Positions 38,064 through 50,631 of a stretch of 64,000 nucleotides of DNA are shown here, in pieces. Where the stretch lies: the NCBI RefSeq assembly GCF_018350175.1, contig NC_058368.1, forward strand, positions 74,030,001 to 74,094,000. The letters are read 5' to 3'. The DNA comes from Felis catus (Eukaryota). A model generated the notes under the pieces. It saw only the letters and a program-made list of their open reading frames with translations, did not search any database and was not told where the DNA came from. Numbering within the stretch: the stretch's first letter is position 1; each line of letters begins with the position of its first letter. A program made the translations under genes and the position numbers.

Positions 38064-41000
38064 TCAAGGAAGGAGTTTTATTGATTGATTGGACAAGTGA
38101 TTTGAACATTACGCTATGATCACCACAGGTATATCTCCCATCTGTCCCGTTACATCGCTTTTACAATATCATTATGCTCTGCTTTTTATTCCTGTGACAC
38201 ACTCATTCCATAACTGGAGGCCAGTGTTTCCCTAACCCTTTGACCCGTTTTGCCCAAGACCCCACCTCCCTCTCCCCTGGCAGCCATCAGTTTATTATCT
38301 GTATTTATAAAACAAATATTCTGCCATTTGTTTGCTTATTCATTTTTTTTTAGATTCCATTTATGGGAGGAATCATATAGTATTTGTCTTTCTCAGTCTG
38401 ACTTATTTTACTTAGCATGGTATCCTCTAAATCCATCTAGGTTGTCTCAGATGGCACAATATCACCCTTTTCCTAGGTGTGTAATATTCCATTATGTGTA
38501 TACCACATTTTCCTTATCCACTTGTTGACGGAAGGACACTTAGCTTTCTTCCATGTCTTGGCTGTTGTGAATAATGCTGCAATAAACATAGATACCTTTT
38601 TTATACCTTTTTGAGTTAGTGTTTTGTTTTCTACTGGGTAAATGCCCAACAGTGGAATTATTGGATCATATGGTTCTTCCATTTTTCATTTTCTGCGGAA
38701 ACTCCGTGCTGTTTTCCAGCATGGCTGCACTAATTCACATTCCCGCCAAAAGTGAACGAGGGTTCCGTTTTCTCCACATTGTCGCCACCGCTTGCCGTTT
38801 CTTGTCTTCTTGATTTTAGCCATTCTGACAGGTGTAAGTTGATATCTCATCGTGGTTTTGATTTGTATTTCCCTGATGATGAGTGATGTTGAGCATCTTC
38901 TCCTGTGTCTATTGGCTATCTGTATGTCTTCTTTGGAAAAATGTGTATTCAAGTCCTCTGTCCATTTTTTAATGTTTGTTTATTTTTTTTGGCATTGAAT
39001 TTTATAAGTTCTTCATATATTTTGAGTATTGACCCCTTATCAGATTATGGCCTTTGCAAATATCTTCTCTTATTCAGTGTTTTGTTGCTGTGCAAAGCTT
39101 TTTAATTTGATGCAGTCTCAATAGTTTATTTTTGATTTTGATTCCCCTGTCTCAGGAGACATATCTAGAAAAATGTTGCTGTGGTCGATGTCAAATTACT
39201 GCCTGGGTTCTCTTCTAGGATTTTTATGACTTCAGGTCTCACATTTAGGTCTTTAATCTGTTTTGAGTTTATTTTTCTGTATGGTGTTAGAAAGTAGTCC
39301 AGTGTCATTGTTTTACATGCAGCTGTACAGTTTTTCCAGCAGCATTTATTGAAAAAAACTGCCTTTTCCCCATTGTGTATTCTTGCCTCTTTTGTCATAG
39401 ATTAAATGATCATATAACTGTGGGTTTATTTCTAGGGTCTATTCTGTTGTGTTCTATTCTATTCTATTCTATTCTATTCTATCCTATTCATTTATATGTC
39501 TATTTTTGTGCCAGTACCTACTGTTTTGATAACTATGGCTTTGTAGTATATCTTGAAATCTGGGATTGTTATACCTTGAGCTTTGTTCTTATTTCTCAAG
39601 ACTGCTTTGGTTAGTTTTCCTCTCTTGTTTCTGACCTTATTTTATTTGGGTCCTTTCTCTTTTTTTCCTTATGGATCTGGATAAAGATTAGTCAATTTTG
39701 TTTATCTTTTAAAAGAAACAGCTCTTCATTTCGTTGATTTATTTCTCTTGTTTTTTTTTGGTCTCTACATCAGTTATTTCTGCTCTGGACTTTATTATTT
39801 CTCTTCTTCTAATCACCATGTGTTTCATTTGTTCTTCTTTTTCTAGTTCCTTTAGGCATAAAGTTAGATTATTTGAGTTTTTTCTTGCTTCTTGAGGCAA
39901 GCTTGTACTGCTGTATACTTCCGTTTTAGAACTGTGTCTCAGTTGTTTTGCTGTGTCCCAGAGATTTGGGACCATTGTGTTTTCATTTTTTTTGGTCTCC
40001 ATGTATCTTTAAATTTCTTCTTTGATGGTTTCACTGACCTGTTGGTTGTTTAGAATCATGTTGATTAGTTGCCATGCATTTGTGTTTTTTCCAGTTTTTT
40101 TTTTCTTGTGATTTATTTCTAGTTTCATCCTGTTGCGGTTGGCAAAGATCATGATTTCACTCGTACTAAATTTGTTGAGGTTTGTTTTATGGCCTACGTG
40201 CACTTGAAAAGAGTGTGTCTTCTGTTTTTTTCTGCATGGGATGTTCTGTATATATCTGTTATGTCCATCTGGTCCAATGTGTCATTCAAAGATGTTTCCT
40301 TATTGATTTTCTGTCTGGATGATCTATCTGTTAATGTAAGTGAAGTGTTAAAGTCACTGCTGTTAATTTTCTTGCCATCAAGTTGTCTCTTTATGTCCAT
40401 GAATATTTATGTATTCAGGTGCTCTGGTGTTGGGTGCATAGGTATATAAAATTGTTATATCCTCTTGTTGCATTGATCCCTTAATCATTATATAATACCC
40501 TGCTTTGTCTCTTGTTACAGTCTTTGTTTTAAAGTCTGTTTTGTCTGATATAAATATTGTTACTTCAGCTTTTTTTTTTTTTTTCATTTGCACCAATTCT
40601 GTCCTTTCATCGTCAGTTTGTATGCATCTTTAGGTCTGATGTGAGTCTCTTGTAGTAGGCATATAAAAGGGACTTGTTTTCTACCCATTCGGCCACTCTA
40701 TGTCTTTTGATTATGGCCTTTATGCCATTTACATTTAAAGTAATTATTGATAGTTATGTACTTATTGTCATTTTAAAAATTTGTTTTCTGTTTTTTGTTT
40801 TTTTTTTAAAGTTTTGTCGCTCTTTGTTTCATTCTTCTTCTCTTGTTCCCTTCCTTTATGATTAATGAGACTCTATTGTGTTTTGTTTGGGTTTCTTTCT
40901 CTTTATTTTTTGTGTATCTATCATAGGTTCTGGGTTTGTGGTAACATGAGGTTCATATGTAACATCCTAAATAAATAGCAGTCCATATTAATGTAATGGT

Positions 41001-42967
41001 CATTTAAGTTCGAACATATTCTTAAAAAAAACAAAAATAAATTATCTTTCTTCTTTTTATCTTTTCCCTTCTCTTCCTTTTTTACTCCTTTCTCTTCATT
41101 TTAGGTAGATGTTGTCATATTTTACATCTTTTTATTAATATTTTTCCTATGTCTAATTATGGCCACTTCTTTTCCACTTAAATAAGTCCCTTTAACATTT
41201 CTTATAAGCCTGGTTTAATGGTGATAAACTCCTTTGTCTTTTGTCTGGGAAACTCTTTAATTTTCCTTAAAATCTGAATGAAAACTTTGCCAGGTAGATA
41301 TTCTTGGTTATAGTTTTTTTTTTTCCTATCAGCACTTTCAATATATCATTCCACTCCCTTCTGACTTGCAAAATCTCTGCTGAAAAGTCAGTTTATAACC
41401 TTCTACATGTTCCACTACAGGTAACTTTTTGATTCTCTCCCTGCTTTTAAGATTCTCTTTATCTTTAACCTTTGACATTTTAATTTATGTGCTGTGCTGT
41501 GGATATTTTCGGGTTCATCTTATTTGGAACTCTCTGCACTTCTTGGACTTAGATGTCTATTTCCCTCCCTAGGTTAGGGAAGTTTTCAGTAGTTATTTCT
41601 TCAAGTAAGTTTTCCACATGATTCTCTCTCTCTCTCCTTCTAGGACCCCTATAATATGAATGTTTATTCACTTGATATTGTCCAAGAGATCTCTTAATTT
41701 CAATTTTGAAAATTTCTTTTCTCTTTTTGCTATTCAGCTTGTGTGCTTTCCACTACTCTATTTTCCACATCACTGATACTTTCTTCTGCACCCTCCAATC
41801 TATTGCTGAATCCCTCTGGTTTGTTTTTTATTTCAGTTATTGTATTCTTCAGCTATGATTGGTTCTTTTAAATAGTTCCTATCTCTTTATTGAAGGTCTT
41901 ACTGAGTTCTTCCATTCATTTCTCCAGGCCAGTGAGACTCTTTATGATCATTACTTTAAGTTCTTTATTAGGTGTATTGAGTATGTCTATTTCATTTAGT
42001 TCTTTTTTCTGAGTTTTTTTCTTTTTTTCTTCTTTCTTTTGGAGCATATCTCTTTGTCTCTCAATTTTGTTTGACTTTCTGTGTTTGTTTTTATGGATTT
42101 AATGTAATGACTACTTCTAAAGTTGAGAGAGTGGTCTTGTATATGTTGTCCCCTATGCTTGTGCTTGGGAATGTGTGTGCTTGGGAACTTTTGCTGGTTG
42201 GCTGGAGCTGTGGCTGTATATGCTAGTTACTCTTGTAAACTGTGACTTGTTATAGAAAGAATGACGTATATAAAAATGACGTATATAAAAAAACGACAAT
42301 TAAAAGAGAAAAAAGAAAAAAAGAAGGGACAAGAGAAGAAGAAAACCAAAACAGAAAAAAAAGACAGATTTTAACAATAAAACAAAAAAGAATGAAAACA
42401 AAAAATTCCCCACAAAACTGCAGCTTGTTTTCTGTGTTCCAACACTACAGAGCTTGTAGACCCTGGGCTCACTGAAGTGGAGAGCTCACTGAGATGACTA
42501 GACTGGCTCCTTATGGTGTCTGGACCCTGCTCCAGTCTAGACTTTCAAGGTGGGATGGGAACATAAACTGTAGTCCTTTTGTCCTTCTGACATGGAGAGC
42601 ATTCCTGCAGCTCCTCTGCCACTTGGCGGTGTTTAGGATTGTCTCTTTTATATGCAAGTTGCTCTTTCAAATTGTGGCATTTACCTATGCCCTTGGACAG
42701 AAGAATCTATTCCCAGGCCCTCAGAACTATTCCCCACCCCACCCTACAGCTGTTGGCAGCATTGAGGGTGGGGGTTGCCTTTGTTACCATGTCTCCATGG
42801 GTCTTGCTATTCTCTTGTCATTCTCTCTATCTCTGGTGGCTCAGTAGCTGTTTAATCAGCCCTCAGTTCTTCTTCAGGAGGAATTGTTCTATGAACAGGT
42901 ATAATCTGGCATGTTCTGTGAAGGAGGTGAATTCAGAGTCTTTCGACACTGCCATCTTGAACTGGAA
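38064..42967 (-). mobile_element. L1 with both ends (5' UTR, degraded ORF1, ORF2 endonuclease, ORF2 C-terminus, 3' UTR); RT domain deleted
   Basis: CAAGATGGC 5' motif at 42951-42959 (minus); peptides [50 protein letters not shown]; degenerate TSD 38046-38063 / 42968-42985 (15/18 identical). Confidence 0.9.
39452..39481. repeat. (TTCTA)n microsatellite inside L1
   Basis: Directly visible. Confidence 0.9.
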
Positions 42968-43574
42968 CTAGACAGAGGTCTTTCTAATGTTAAAAACTTT
43001 TATTGTTTATACTGGCTTAAAAATTACTACTATTTTCTGTGGAATTCTAAAAGAATTGCATCAGTTGCAAAGGAATTCTCATTTTGCTTCATGCCTCATC
43101 TTATTATATTGTCATTTAAATTGAAGAAAGTTTCATGCAAAGAATATTCTTTCTCAACTCTTTCCCAAGTCTTCCCAAACTGTTTAATATTTTCAAGAGT
43201 CTTTTACAATAAATTCTGAGGTGACCCTGGGGACATGGTAGACCAAATATAATCTTTTCTGCTGCTAATTCTAGAATGATTTGCTTTACTTGGGACAAAT
43301 GGTTGCTCCGACTGGGATTGCTGATTTGGTGGAATCTTAGGCGATGGGGGAGAGAGCTGCTTCTAGCTTAGCGGTGGTCATTGCTTATTCAGGGATAGGT
43401 CAGCTTCGACCTCGTGTGAATTTTCTGAGTATCACAACCTCACAAAGGCCAAGACAGATTGAATTTGAAGGCTGAAGTTTCCATATCTGTGTTTGGGGTA
43501 CCCTGAGAGACAACAGAACAGAGTGTCTTCCTTCAAAATCTCAAAATCTACCTTACTCCCCATAAGTAATTAAA

Positions 43575-43775
43575 AAAAATTTTTTTAAAGGTTTATTTAT
43601 TTTTGAGACAGAGAGAGACAGAGCATGAACGGGGGAGGGGCAGAGAGAGAGGGAGACACAGAATTGGAAGCAGACTCCAGGCTCTGAGCCATCAGCCCAG
43701 AGCCCGATGTGGGGCTCGAACTCACGGACCGAGCCGAAGTCGGACGCCCAACCGACTGAGCCACCCAGGCGCCCC
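43575..43775 (-). mobile_element. Felid Can-SINE with about 15-nt internal deletion
   Basis: SINE body; TSD agtaatt at 43565-71 and 43776-82. Confidence 0.96.
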
Positions 43776-43961
43776 AGTAATTTTAAATTTTAAAAAGATT
43801 TACCTAAATCAAAGGATGTGTAATCAAATTTTTATCTATTTATTTATTTATTTATTTAGTTATTTATTTCAAATTTATTTTTAAAATCCCTCATAATTAG
43901 GTTCACCTGGGTAAAAATCCTTGAACTTTCAGATAAAAACAAATATTATAAACTTTTAAAA

Positions 43962-44180
43962 CAGTGGTTGTCAAGGCATGGCAATTTCATGCCAGGGGGG
44001 ACATTTGGCAGTTCTGGAGAATTTTGGTTGTTACAATTCTGGGGCACTGGATGGTGGCATTCACATCTAGTGGGTGGATGGCAGGAATGTTGCTAAACAT
44101 CCTACAATTCACAAGACAGCTCGGACAACAAAGAATTATCTAACCCTACATGTCAATCATGCTAAGGTTGAGTAACCATG
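43962..44180. mobile_element. MER20 (hAT-Charlie MITE)
   Basis: cagtggttgtcaa...ggggacatttggca...tgctaaacatcctacaa...gctaaggttgagtaacc. Confidence 0.88.
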
Positions 44181-45107
44181 TGTTACACGAAAGAACAAAT
44201 TCCCACAAAAGGGGGGAAAAGGTGTATCAGACCAGCACTAGATTCTTCATCTGTAAAAGTAGAACTTATAGGAAGTGGTACAGAATCTTTAATTTGTGAG
44301 CAAAGGATTACAAAGGAACAACTCTATTTCTAACCAAGAATTGTCACCCTTGTACTTAATTCTTAATTTGAAGAAAAGACAAAAAAAAAAAAAAAAGAAA
44401 AAAAAAAGGACATAATATATAGCAAATTGACCAAACAGAGACTTCAAGATGGGCTCTTTATTCATCTATCAATCGATGACATAATTGAAATATAAAAACT
44501 AAGGATAGACTGATTTTTTTTTTTAACATGGTAACTCTCAAAGCAGAAGGTTCATTCTCTCATAGAAATGCTGATGATTTCTGGATTTTTTTTTTTTTTT
44601 AATCAAAATCTAGGAGTAGGAGGAAGTAGTGACGAGGAGGAGATAATGGCATTTCAGAGACCTCCTGAAAAGTGAAGGGGAAGGGAACAGGAGAAAGCAA
44701 CAAGCAAAAGAGAAAGCAGAAGATTTCAAAAGCTCTTATCATATGAGATATGGTATCCCGGAGAATTGGTGGAGAAGTAAATAATTCAGGAAGACTTTAT
44801 GAGACAATAGAGATTATCTTGTTCACAGCCAATCTTGTTGAATCGTCTGATACGATACAGCAACCATCATTGGAATAGAAAAGGATAGTAGTTTCAGTTA
44901 ATGAGAGGAAAAATGATTAAGCCTCATCCACTCAGCAGAAGTACATGGTTAAAAGCACCCAAGTTTGCATGAAACAAAAGCATAGACTGACAGGTCTGCA
45001 CCCACAGGTGTCAGTGATTATTATAAACCACAGGAAATGGACTTCATTGTCTTTTTTAATAGGTAGAAACTTTTCAATTATATTAAATAAAACTAAATAT
45101 TACTATT

Positions 45108-46076
45108 TTTGGCAGAGATGGCTACATAGCGGCCAGATCTATTGCCTTTCTTCCTGGCTACGCAACTAGACCGTGTCCGAAGCTTCTTGAAAGCTGAGCA
45201 TATTTCTGAGACCGAGTTCTGCCTACTGGAATATGTGAACAAGTGTGGTCAGCCTTCCAGAAAAATCTCCCATGTGTGACTTTCTCTCTTGTGAGTGCCA
45301 GATACATGTGGAAGAGCCAGCCAAGGCTTCGTAGGCCCTACTGGATAGTGGCATTGCAAGAAGTGTTGCAGGACTTTTTTACCTCAAAATGCAGGGTTCG
45401 TTGTCTCACCATTTTGAAGAATGAAGAGGTGGACACAAAGTGAGCAGCAGACAAAGTTTATTACAGTGTAAGATTAGAAAGTAAGAATAGTATGAAAGCT
45501 GTCTTTACAGAGAGGGGGCTTTTGAAAGTGATTGCCCGGAGGACTGTAGGCAAGGGTCTTTGTTTTATAAGGTTCTGGTCACGCCCTCCCCCTTCCCTTC
45601 CTCCTTGTTCCTTCTCTGGTTCTACCCTTATTGGCTGGATAGCTCTAGGTGCTGGGTTGTCCATTCCTGATTGCATCATTTCCATTGTATGAGGGGTGGC
45701 CTACAGCCATACTTAGGTCTCTTGTCAAATTCTTGAGGGAAACCTGAGAGGGAGTAGGTTACATTCTTAAGAGGAACTTTAAGCCTGAGGGTATTTGCTG
45801 TGGTCAGACACTCCCAGCATTGCTCCAAAATACGTGTTTTTTCCCCACCCAGGGACCTCAGGTCTTAATCTTTCCCCCTCTGCCTACTGAATCCTATCTT
45901 TTACTATCATTGAAGGAAAGCTGGACAGAGCTGAGATCTCTGCATGATGACGTGGCTGGCTGCCCACCTAATGTGTGCACTGAACTGATGTGTTAGTAAG
46001 AACTAGACTTTTCTTTTGAGAAGTCACTACGATTTTGGTATTTTTGTTTTAGCAGTTAACCTATTTGACTAATACA
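45108..46076 (+). mobile_element. MaLR LTR (MLT1I/J-like) split by the ERV1-like LTR
   Basis: 5' half ttcttcctggctacgcaactagac...gagttctgcctactggaat; 3' end tgactaataca. Confidence 0.65.
45364..45909 (-). mobile_element. ERV (class I-like) solo LTR
   Basis: TG...CA termini; on minus strand CCAAT (45630-34), GC-box-like (45580-91), TATAAAA (45563-69), AATAAA (45457-62) in U3-R order. Confidence 0.82.
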
Positions 46077-46139
46077 ACTGCTCGTCTTTCTGAAGTCTTG
46101 TGGTCAGGATCCTCCTGTTTATGGCAGACTATCCTATAG

Positions 46140-46700
46140 GCAATGACTTAAAATAATTAAGATACCCATAGTTGGTAAGGATGATGGATAAAGGGAAGTT
46201 GTGAATACATTGCACAGTCTTTCTGGAAGGCAATGGAATCCAAAAATCAACAGGACAAGTGGTGTCCATTTTCTGTAAACCAGCAAGTTGGCTTCTGGTT
46301 TGATCTGAAAGACATTCATCCTAAGAAAAGTACCCAGAGATTTTAAAAAAGATGTATCAACATATGACTTTATTTCATCATTTTAAATAAAATTATGGAA
46401 ATATTAACACCTAAAAAGTGCAATAAAAGGATTGTTAAATAAATTGCTGTGTCTTGAGTATGTACTATTTAAGAGTCGTTAAAATCACATTGAGTGTGAA
46501 TATCCCTAAGAGAAAATTTTCACGTTGTATTGCGGTCTGAAAAAAATGTCAAGCTGTAACGTAATTTGTGTAGTATATTGTCATACTGGAAATAGGTGTA
46601 CAAAAATGCTAACAGTTTTGATTCTGTGTCTCTGTAAGTTTGTTGTGATTTCTGACTTCTCAAAAACGAGCAGGCATTACTTTTGTGCTTTAGAAAAACT
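46140..46700 (+). mobile_element. Very old L1 (L1ME-like) 3' fragments
   Basis: gttggtaaggatg, ctttctggaaggcaat, ggattgttaaataaattg motifs. Confidence 0.45.
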
Positions 46701-49700
46701 AAGAAAAGTACAAAACCCATGTAATCGGTCTGGTTAGATCATTTAGAAAATATATTGATGCTTTCAGGAGCCATATGTTCAGCCTTCCTTCTTGTCGTCC
46801 TAGGAATTCAATTTCAGCCCAGATCATAATAAAGCAGCCAAGTGACAGTAGCGGGGCTTTACATAGTGGATCTCATCTTTCAGGAGGACTGGGTTTTAAA
46901 ATCAACACTTCAAGGAAAAATCGCATATAGGTAAAATTACCATTAAAGATCCCTGAGGAAGGGGCCGTAGAGGAGAAGGTCTTATCGGCTCTTCTTCCAA
47001 AACTGCATCAAATCCCTGTCGTTCAGTTGAGCGATTGACTTGTGTTTGGGGAACTCTGGGTGGCAAACTGATCGTAATTTAGGAAGCAGGAGAAGAATCA
47101 GCTGGGGCATCAAGAGATTCCATCTCCTGTCTCACCTTCACTGAAGACAGGCACTTCCGGAGCAGAGTGCTAGAAGAGTCACTGGCAAGATTTCCATTCA
47201 TTCTCTCTGGCCAAGCACAGAGAGCAGAATCGTCAACCATTACCCACACATTTAATGCCACTGTACTCTTTTCACAATGTAAGCTCCATTAAGAAAAAAA
47301 AAACCACATTAATTTGACAATATATTTGACCCTGGTCTATTTTGATGAAAATGTGTTGAGCTGGCCTCTGCTAGTTGAGACCATGCATTTTTAAAGGGAC
47401 ATTATGACCTTTTATATTTTTTTTTGTTCAGAAAAAGAAGTCATTTTTGGAATTCTAGACTGAAAACAAGCTGCATCATTCTTGCAAAGACATTGGGAAT
47501 TAGGGATATTTATTATACTCTAAAACCTTTCATCCTGACCTCACAATTCATTTTTCTCTTGTGTAATGCAGCCTCTGAGTGAAGTGACTAAAATTAGGAG
47601 GAATTGCAGATGAATGCCCATCAGAATATTTTAGGATCGTGTGCATACACGTTCAAGTTCATGCATGTGGTCTGTTTTTTTTTTTTTTAATGGAGAATAC
47701 ATTGCGGAGTGTTTAATGAGGTGCCAGAACTGGAGACTTAATACAACCTTCTGTAATTTCACACCCATATCACAAATATTTTGCACAGAGAAAATTAAAG
47801 TTTCCAGCTGCTGTTGCAGGAGATGCAAAGGTCCCCAGTACACTTATAAATGATATTTCCCTCCACATGGAAGAGATTAGGACCACATCTGCTGCAGTTT
47901 AGTTGACGGACACGGGGTAGATGGTGTCAGGAGTCACGCCGCACTGGAGTCTAGTAAGAGAACAGGAGGCCACCACCCACGGAGGGACAAGGTTCACAGG
48001 TTCTTTTGGGACACCGTTCCGTTAGGCTGGCTCAGTTCATTCAATAGGATGAAACAGCACACACTGCCCCCTGCAACCTTGGTTATGATGCTCGCCTACA
48101 CGTGACACTCTACCCTAGGGGTATGTGAATCATGAATTTGATCGAAGTCATCAGTTGTGGTGTGTCTTCACGATTATGAAGCTTTATGAGACATACAGAA
48201 GGATTGCCATTGGTCACTGCAGGCACGGAGGCACAGAGACAGACGAGCTCAAGGAAAAGTAACAGTTGGGATGTGTGTTAAGTGACTCACCAAGAGACCT
48301 CAACAGAGGAGAAAGGGGTGCTGTTCTTAAGTCCAGTTTAATACTAGGCGGAAACCCATCATACCAGTCTATGAAGAGGATGCTGTTTTAAAAATGGCGC
48401 ATACGTGAGAACAATGCAGCTCTCTTCGAGGACTGTTGAGGTCAACATGGCAGCAAAGGCACGAGCATGATTGGCATAAGTCATTTTGATCTAAAGGATA
48501 TTTTGCACGTGCTTTTATAGGAAAACCCTCTGCAACTTTTCTCTAACAGCAGTGGTCCTAAGTGTTGTTAGCTTCGTTGTTATTTGCTCTTGACATGGTG
48601 ATTTCTTCTAGAATCTGAGGTTTTCTTGCTCAAACCCTTGGATCCCCTTGAAATATAGTTGGAGTGTAGAATTTTTTATGCAGCATAAAGCTGAATTGAT
48701 TGAGGTTTCCCATAACGAAAAGTCTGGTGCATTTCAGGCTTCATCTCTTCGTCAAGGTCTTGTCTTCGCTTTAATTGTTATACCTTTGGACGTGGCATGG
48801 CTCCTACAGCCTACTAGCCTGTCCTCTGATGACTCAAAACTTCCGTGCTTCGTCTTTCTGGGATATCAAATAGATAGTTCTGGAGTAGCCTGGACCCTCA
48901 AAGTCTCTTTCTTCTGAGTAATGATGGTCATCAGCAGTGATAAATGCACTTCAGGGATATGAACTTGATCTCTGTTTTCCACCCTGAAATTGCTTTTGAT
49001 TATAAGTTTATAAGCAAAGATTGTGATGAGTTTTTCTGACTTTTTCTTTAAAAAGCTCTAGGGTAACATTTGGCACAAAACTCTTCTACCTTAATTAGTT
49101 TGCTGAAACATTACTCCATGTGTTCAGGGCTGGAGGACTCAACTTCTGTAATTGTTTATAGGCCTCTGAGTCATCTGTAGGACTGAGAGTTAATATAGAG
49201 TCTAGCCACCAGATTAACTTAAGGAATATGATGTGTAATGAGAAAGCATGCAGAGAAATAGGAATTGTATTTTATGATTCAGAAAAGTGGCACTTTGAGT
49301 TACCTGAGCATGAGGTCTGTAATGTGCTTATCCATTTCAGCGGTTGCTAGGACCAGTCTGTGTGCTCTTACTGTCTTGAAAGTCTATCCAATCTATCTCC
49401 TTTCCGTCACCGCGGATCTATACCGTTTCCAGGTATTTCTCTTCTATACTAGTGTGCCCTTTTGAGGATCTTTCCAATTTCCAGGGGGCAGGGGAGATAT
49501 GGGGAGTTGTAGGGAACACTACAAGGGTGAACGTAAGGGACAGAGGAAATGAGGTTTCTTGTGTCTCGGAAGCGCTGCCATCAGCCTGCACAGGTGCTCT
49601 CTGGCCTGGGAGGGATCCTCAGGAGTAGGGTTACGTGGCAGTCTTCCTCAGTCCCACTGACGTTGGCAGCTGCCGTAAGTGCAGCAGTGGCCGTGAACCC

Positions 49701-50596
49701 AGCATGCACTGGCGAGTGCAGGCCTCGAGGGTCACAGATTTACGTGTTTTCCTTTGCTCGCCCTGCACCAGTTAAGTCACTTGCACTCCTGAGATCCATG
49801 ACCTTGACAGCTTGTGCAGGTTGAAGGGAAGAGGAGTGCTGGGTATTTGGCTAATGAACAAAGTGTACCTGTGGTTTATTTTATTTTATTTTATTTTTTT
49901 CTAGTAATACTTGCTTTTTTTTCAATTTATATTGGTTTTAGAAGTTTATTTTATTTTATTTGAAAGGAGGAAAATCCCAGTATTCATAGACACACTGAGT
50001 AGTTCCTCAGCAACATGTTTCTAAGCTGGGCAGTTTCCAGAACTCCAGGTAGGTTCTCCTGCCAGGGCTCCAGGCAGCTGAGTTACAGAGCCCGTCTCTG
50101 ACCTAGAACATTTCATTGGGAAGCAGATGTTGATGGGAGTCTTGAAGAGGGTTCTCGACTGGCCCCTGCACTTTCTTTTCTTTCCTAAGCTACAGTCTAT
50201 CAGGCATTTGACCCATCTCACCTCCAGAAAGCTAACCCCGAGTTTTCACTCCCCAATGCGGTTTTACAATCTTTGATTCACCCCTTCTGTTTAACACGGT
50301 TTACCAAGGACCCCACACGTACAGGGGGAAGGATCCCAGAACACATGCCGGTTGAATGAAGGTTTGTTTTGACCTTGTGGTCTCTTCAGCTGTGAGTTCC
50401 TTGAATGTGGACTGTATTCTGATATCATCAGTGACAGACAACAATGACTGTGACAAATGAGTTAAGTATTTTGAATTGCCATGCCACAGACACTCAGAGA
50501 CCCTGGGGGGCTGGGCCAGTGCTCCATGCATGTTCTCGGTCATTCTTACTACAACTTGCTGACTCCTCAACCTGACAATTTCTGTCCTATGTTCCT

Positions 50597-50631
50597 ATCA
50601 CTTCTCAGCCTTTTGGCTAAGATCAAGTGTA
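50597..50631 (+). pseudogene. RNU2: U2 snRNA 5' fragment (nt 1-35), tailless retropseudogene
   Basis: ATCACTTCTCAGCCTTTTGGCTAAGATCAAGTGTA versus U2 ATCGCTTCTCGGCCTTTTGGCTAAGATCAAGTGTA: 33/35, both differences CpG>CpA; TSD tatgttcct. Confidence 0.95.

Larger units (their letters stand above)
43470..44345 (+). mobile_element. Ancient HAL1/L1 ORF1-like relic split by a SINE and MER20
   Basis: Degenerate peptides ISVFGVP (about 43485) and IRPALDSS (about 44226) resemble ORF1 motifs NIRIIGVPE and IRLASDFS. Confidence 0.45.

Noticed and set aside
38473..40596. L1 ORF2-like ORFs as functional CDS
   Set aside because: Fragmented by stops and frameshifts with RT missing; annotated as a mobile element.
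42260..42289. 15-bp tandem duplication aatgacgtatataaa (also 12-bp tctgtgccattg x2 at 3589-3612)
   Set aside because: Common small slippage duplications with no sign of function.
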